Assembly: GCF_008831285.2 (NCBI RefSeq)
Contig: NC_045138.2
Span: forward strand, 19,468,001 to 19,532,000
Length of the DNA stretch: 64,000 nt
Direction of reading: 5' to 3'
Source of the DNA: Nymphaea colorata
Lineage: Eukaryota
The position numbers and the translations under genes are program-made. A model generated the notes under the pieces. That model worked only from the letters and a program-made list of their open reading frames with translations, searched no databases and was not told the origin of the DNA. Of the stretch, positions 63,671 through 64,000 are shown in pieces (positions within the stretch are counted from its first letter, which is position 1; each line of letters starts with the position of its first letter).

Positions 63671-64000
63671 GGAGATTTCGACTTTTTCCTTGTTGGGTAG
63701 GCAGAAGGCCTTCGCCGGTGAAGTTGGTTCTGCGACTGGAAGGGGATTCTCTCCTACAACACCACAGCAACAGAGTTTAGTTAGAAGAAATAATGGAGAA
63801 AACAGACATGGAAGAAGTACCTGAATCTCAGGCAGAAGAATTGAGATGATAAAGAATAGAATGTTCACCTTAACGGTCCGGCAAACGCCAATACAAAGAA
63901 GAAGAAGAAGAAGATGACGAAGCAGAGAGCGATGAAGTCTTGTGCAGGTTTTAAAGGCAGAGAAAGGGCCCCAGCAGAGGGGATCATGGACTTTTGAGCA

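Overview
AT-rich nuclear DNA of a flowering plant, judged from GT-AG introns, (TA)n/(GA)n microsatellites, plant-type transposons and a plastid insertion. I could assemble two intact multi-exon genes with all phases closing: a PBL16-like RLCK-VII kinase (22070-25433, minus, 6 exons, 379 aa) and a three-repeat MYB (MYB3R, 35603-45441, minus, 11 coding exons, 1098 aa). A small WRKY gene that the ORF track misses carries the variant WKKYGQK heptapeptide (14570-15233, plus). Other gene-like sequence includes a frameshifted, truncated P-loop NTPase gene fragment (4547-5370) and a putative small multi-pass membrane protein gene (63332-63670, minus). A ~1.5 kb decayed plastid ycf1 insertion (NUPT, 56225-57764) has a junction with a 17-bp inverted, locally templated filler. 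The rest is L1-type LINE remnants, hAT-type MITEs (one with a visible empty site in a paralogous segment), short solo LTRs, SINE-like elements, a (TA)n-associated TIR element, and local tandem duplications. I found no rRNA, tRNA, CRISPR array or convincing miRNA/snoRNA gene, and nothing I can support as a wholly new biological system. The best leads are the WKKY-type WRKY with an ambiguous 5' end and the NUPT junction. All family assignments come from my recognition of motifs; no database search was run.
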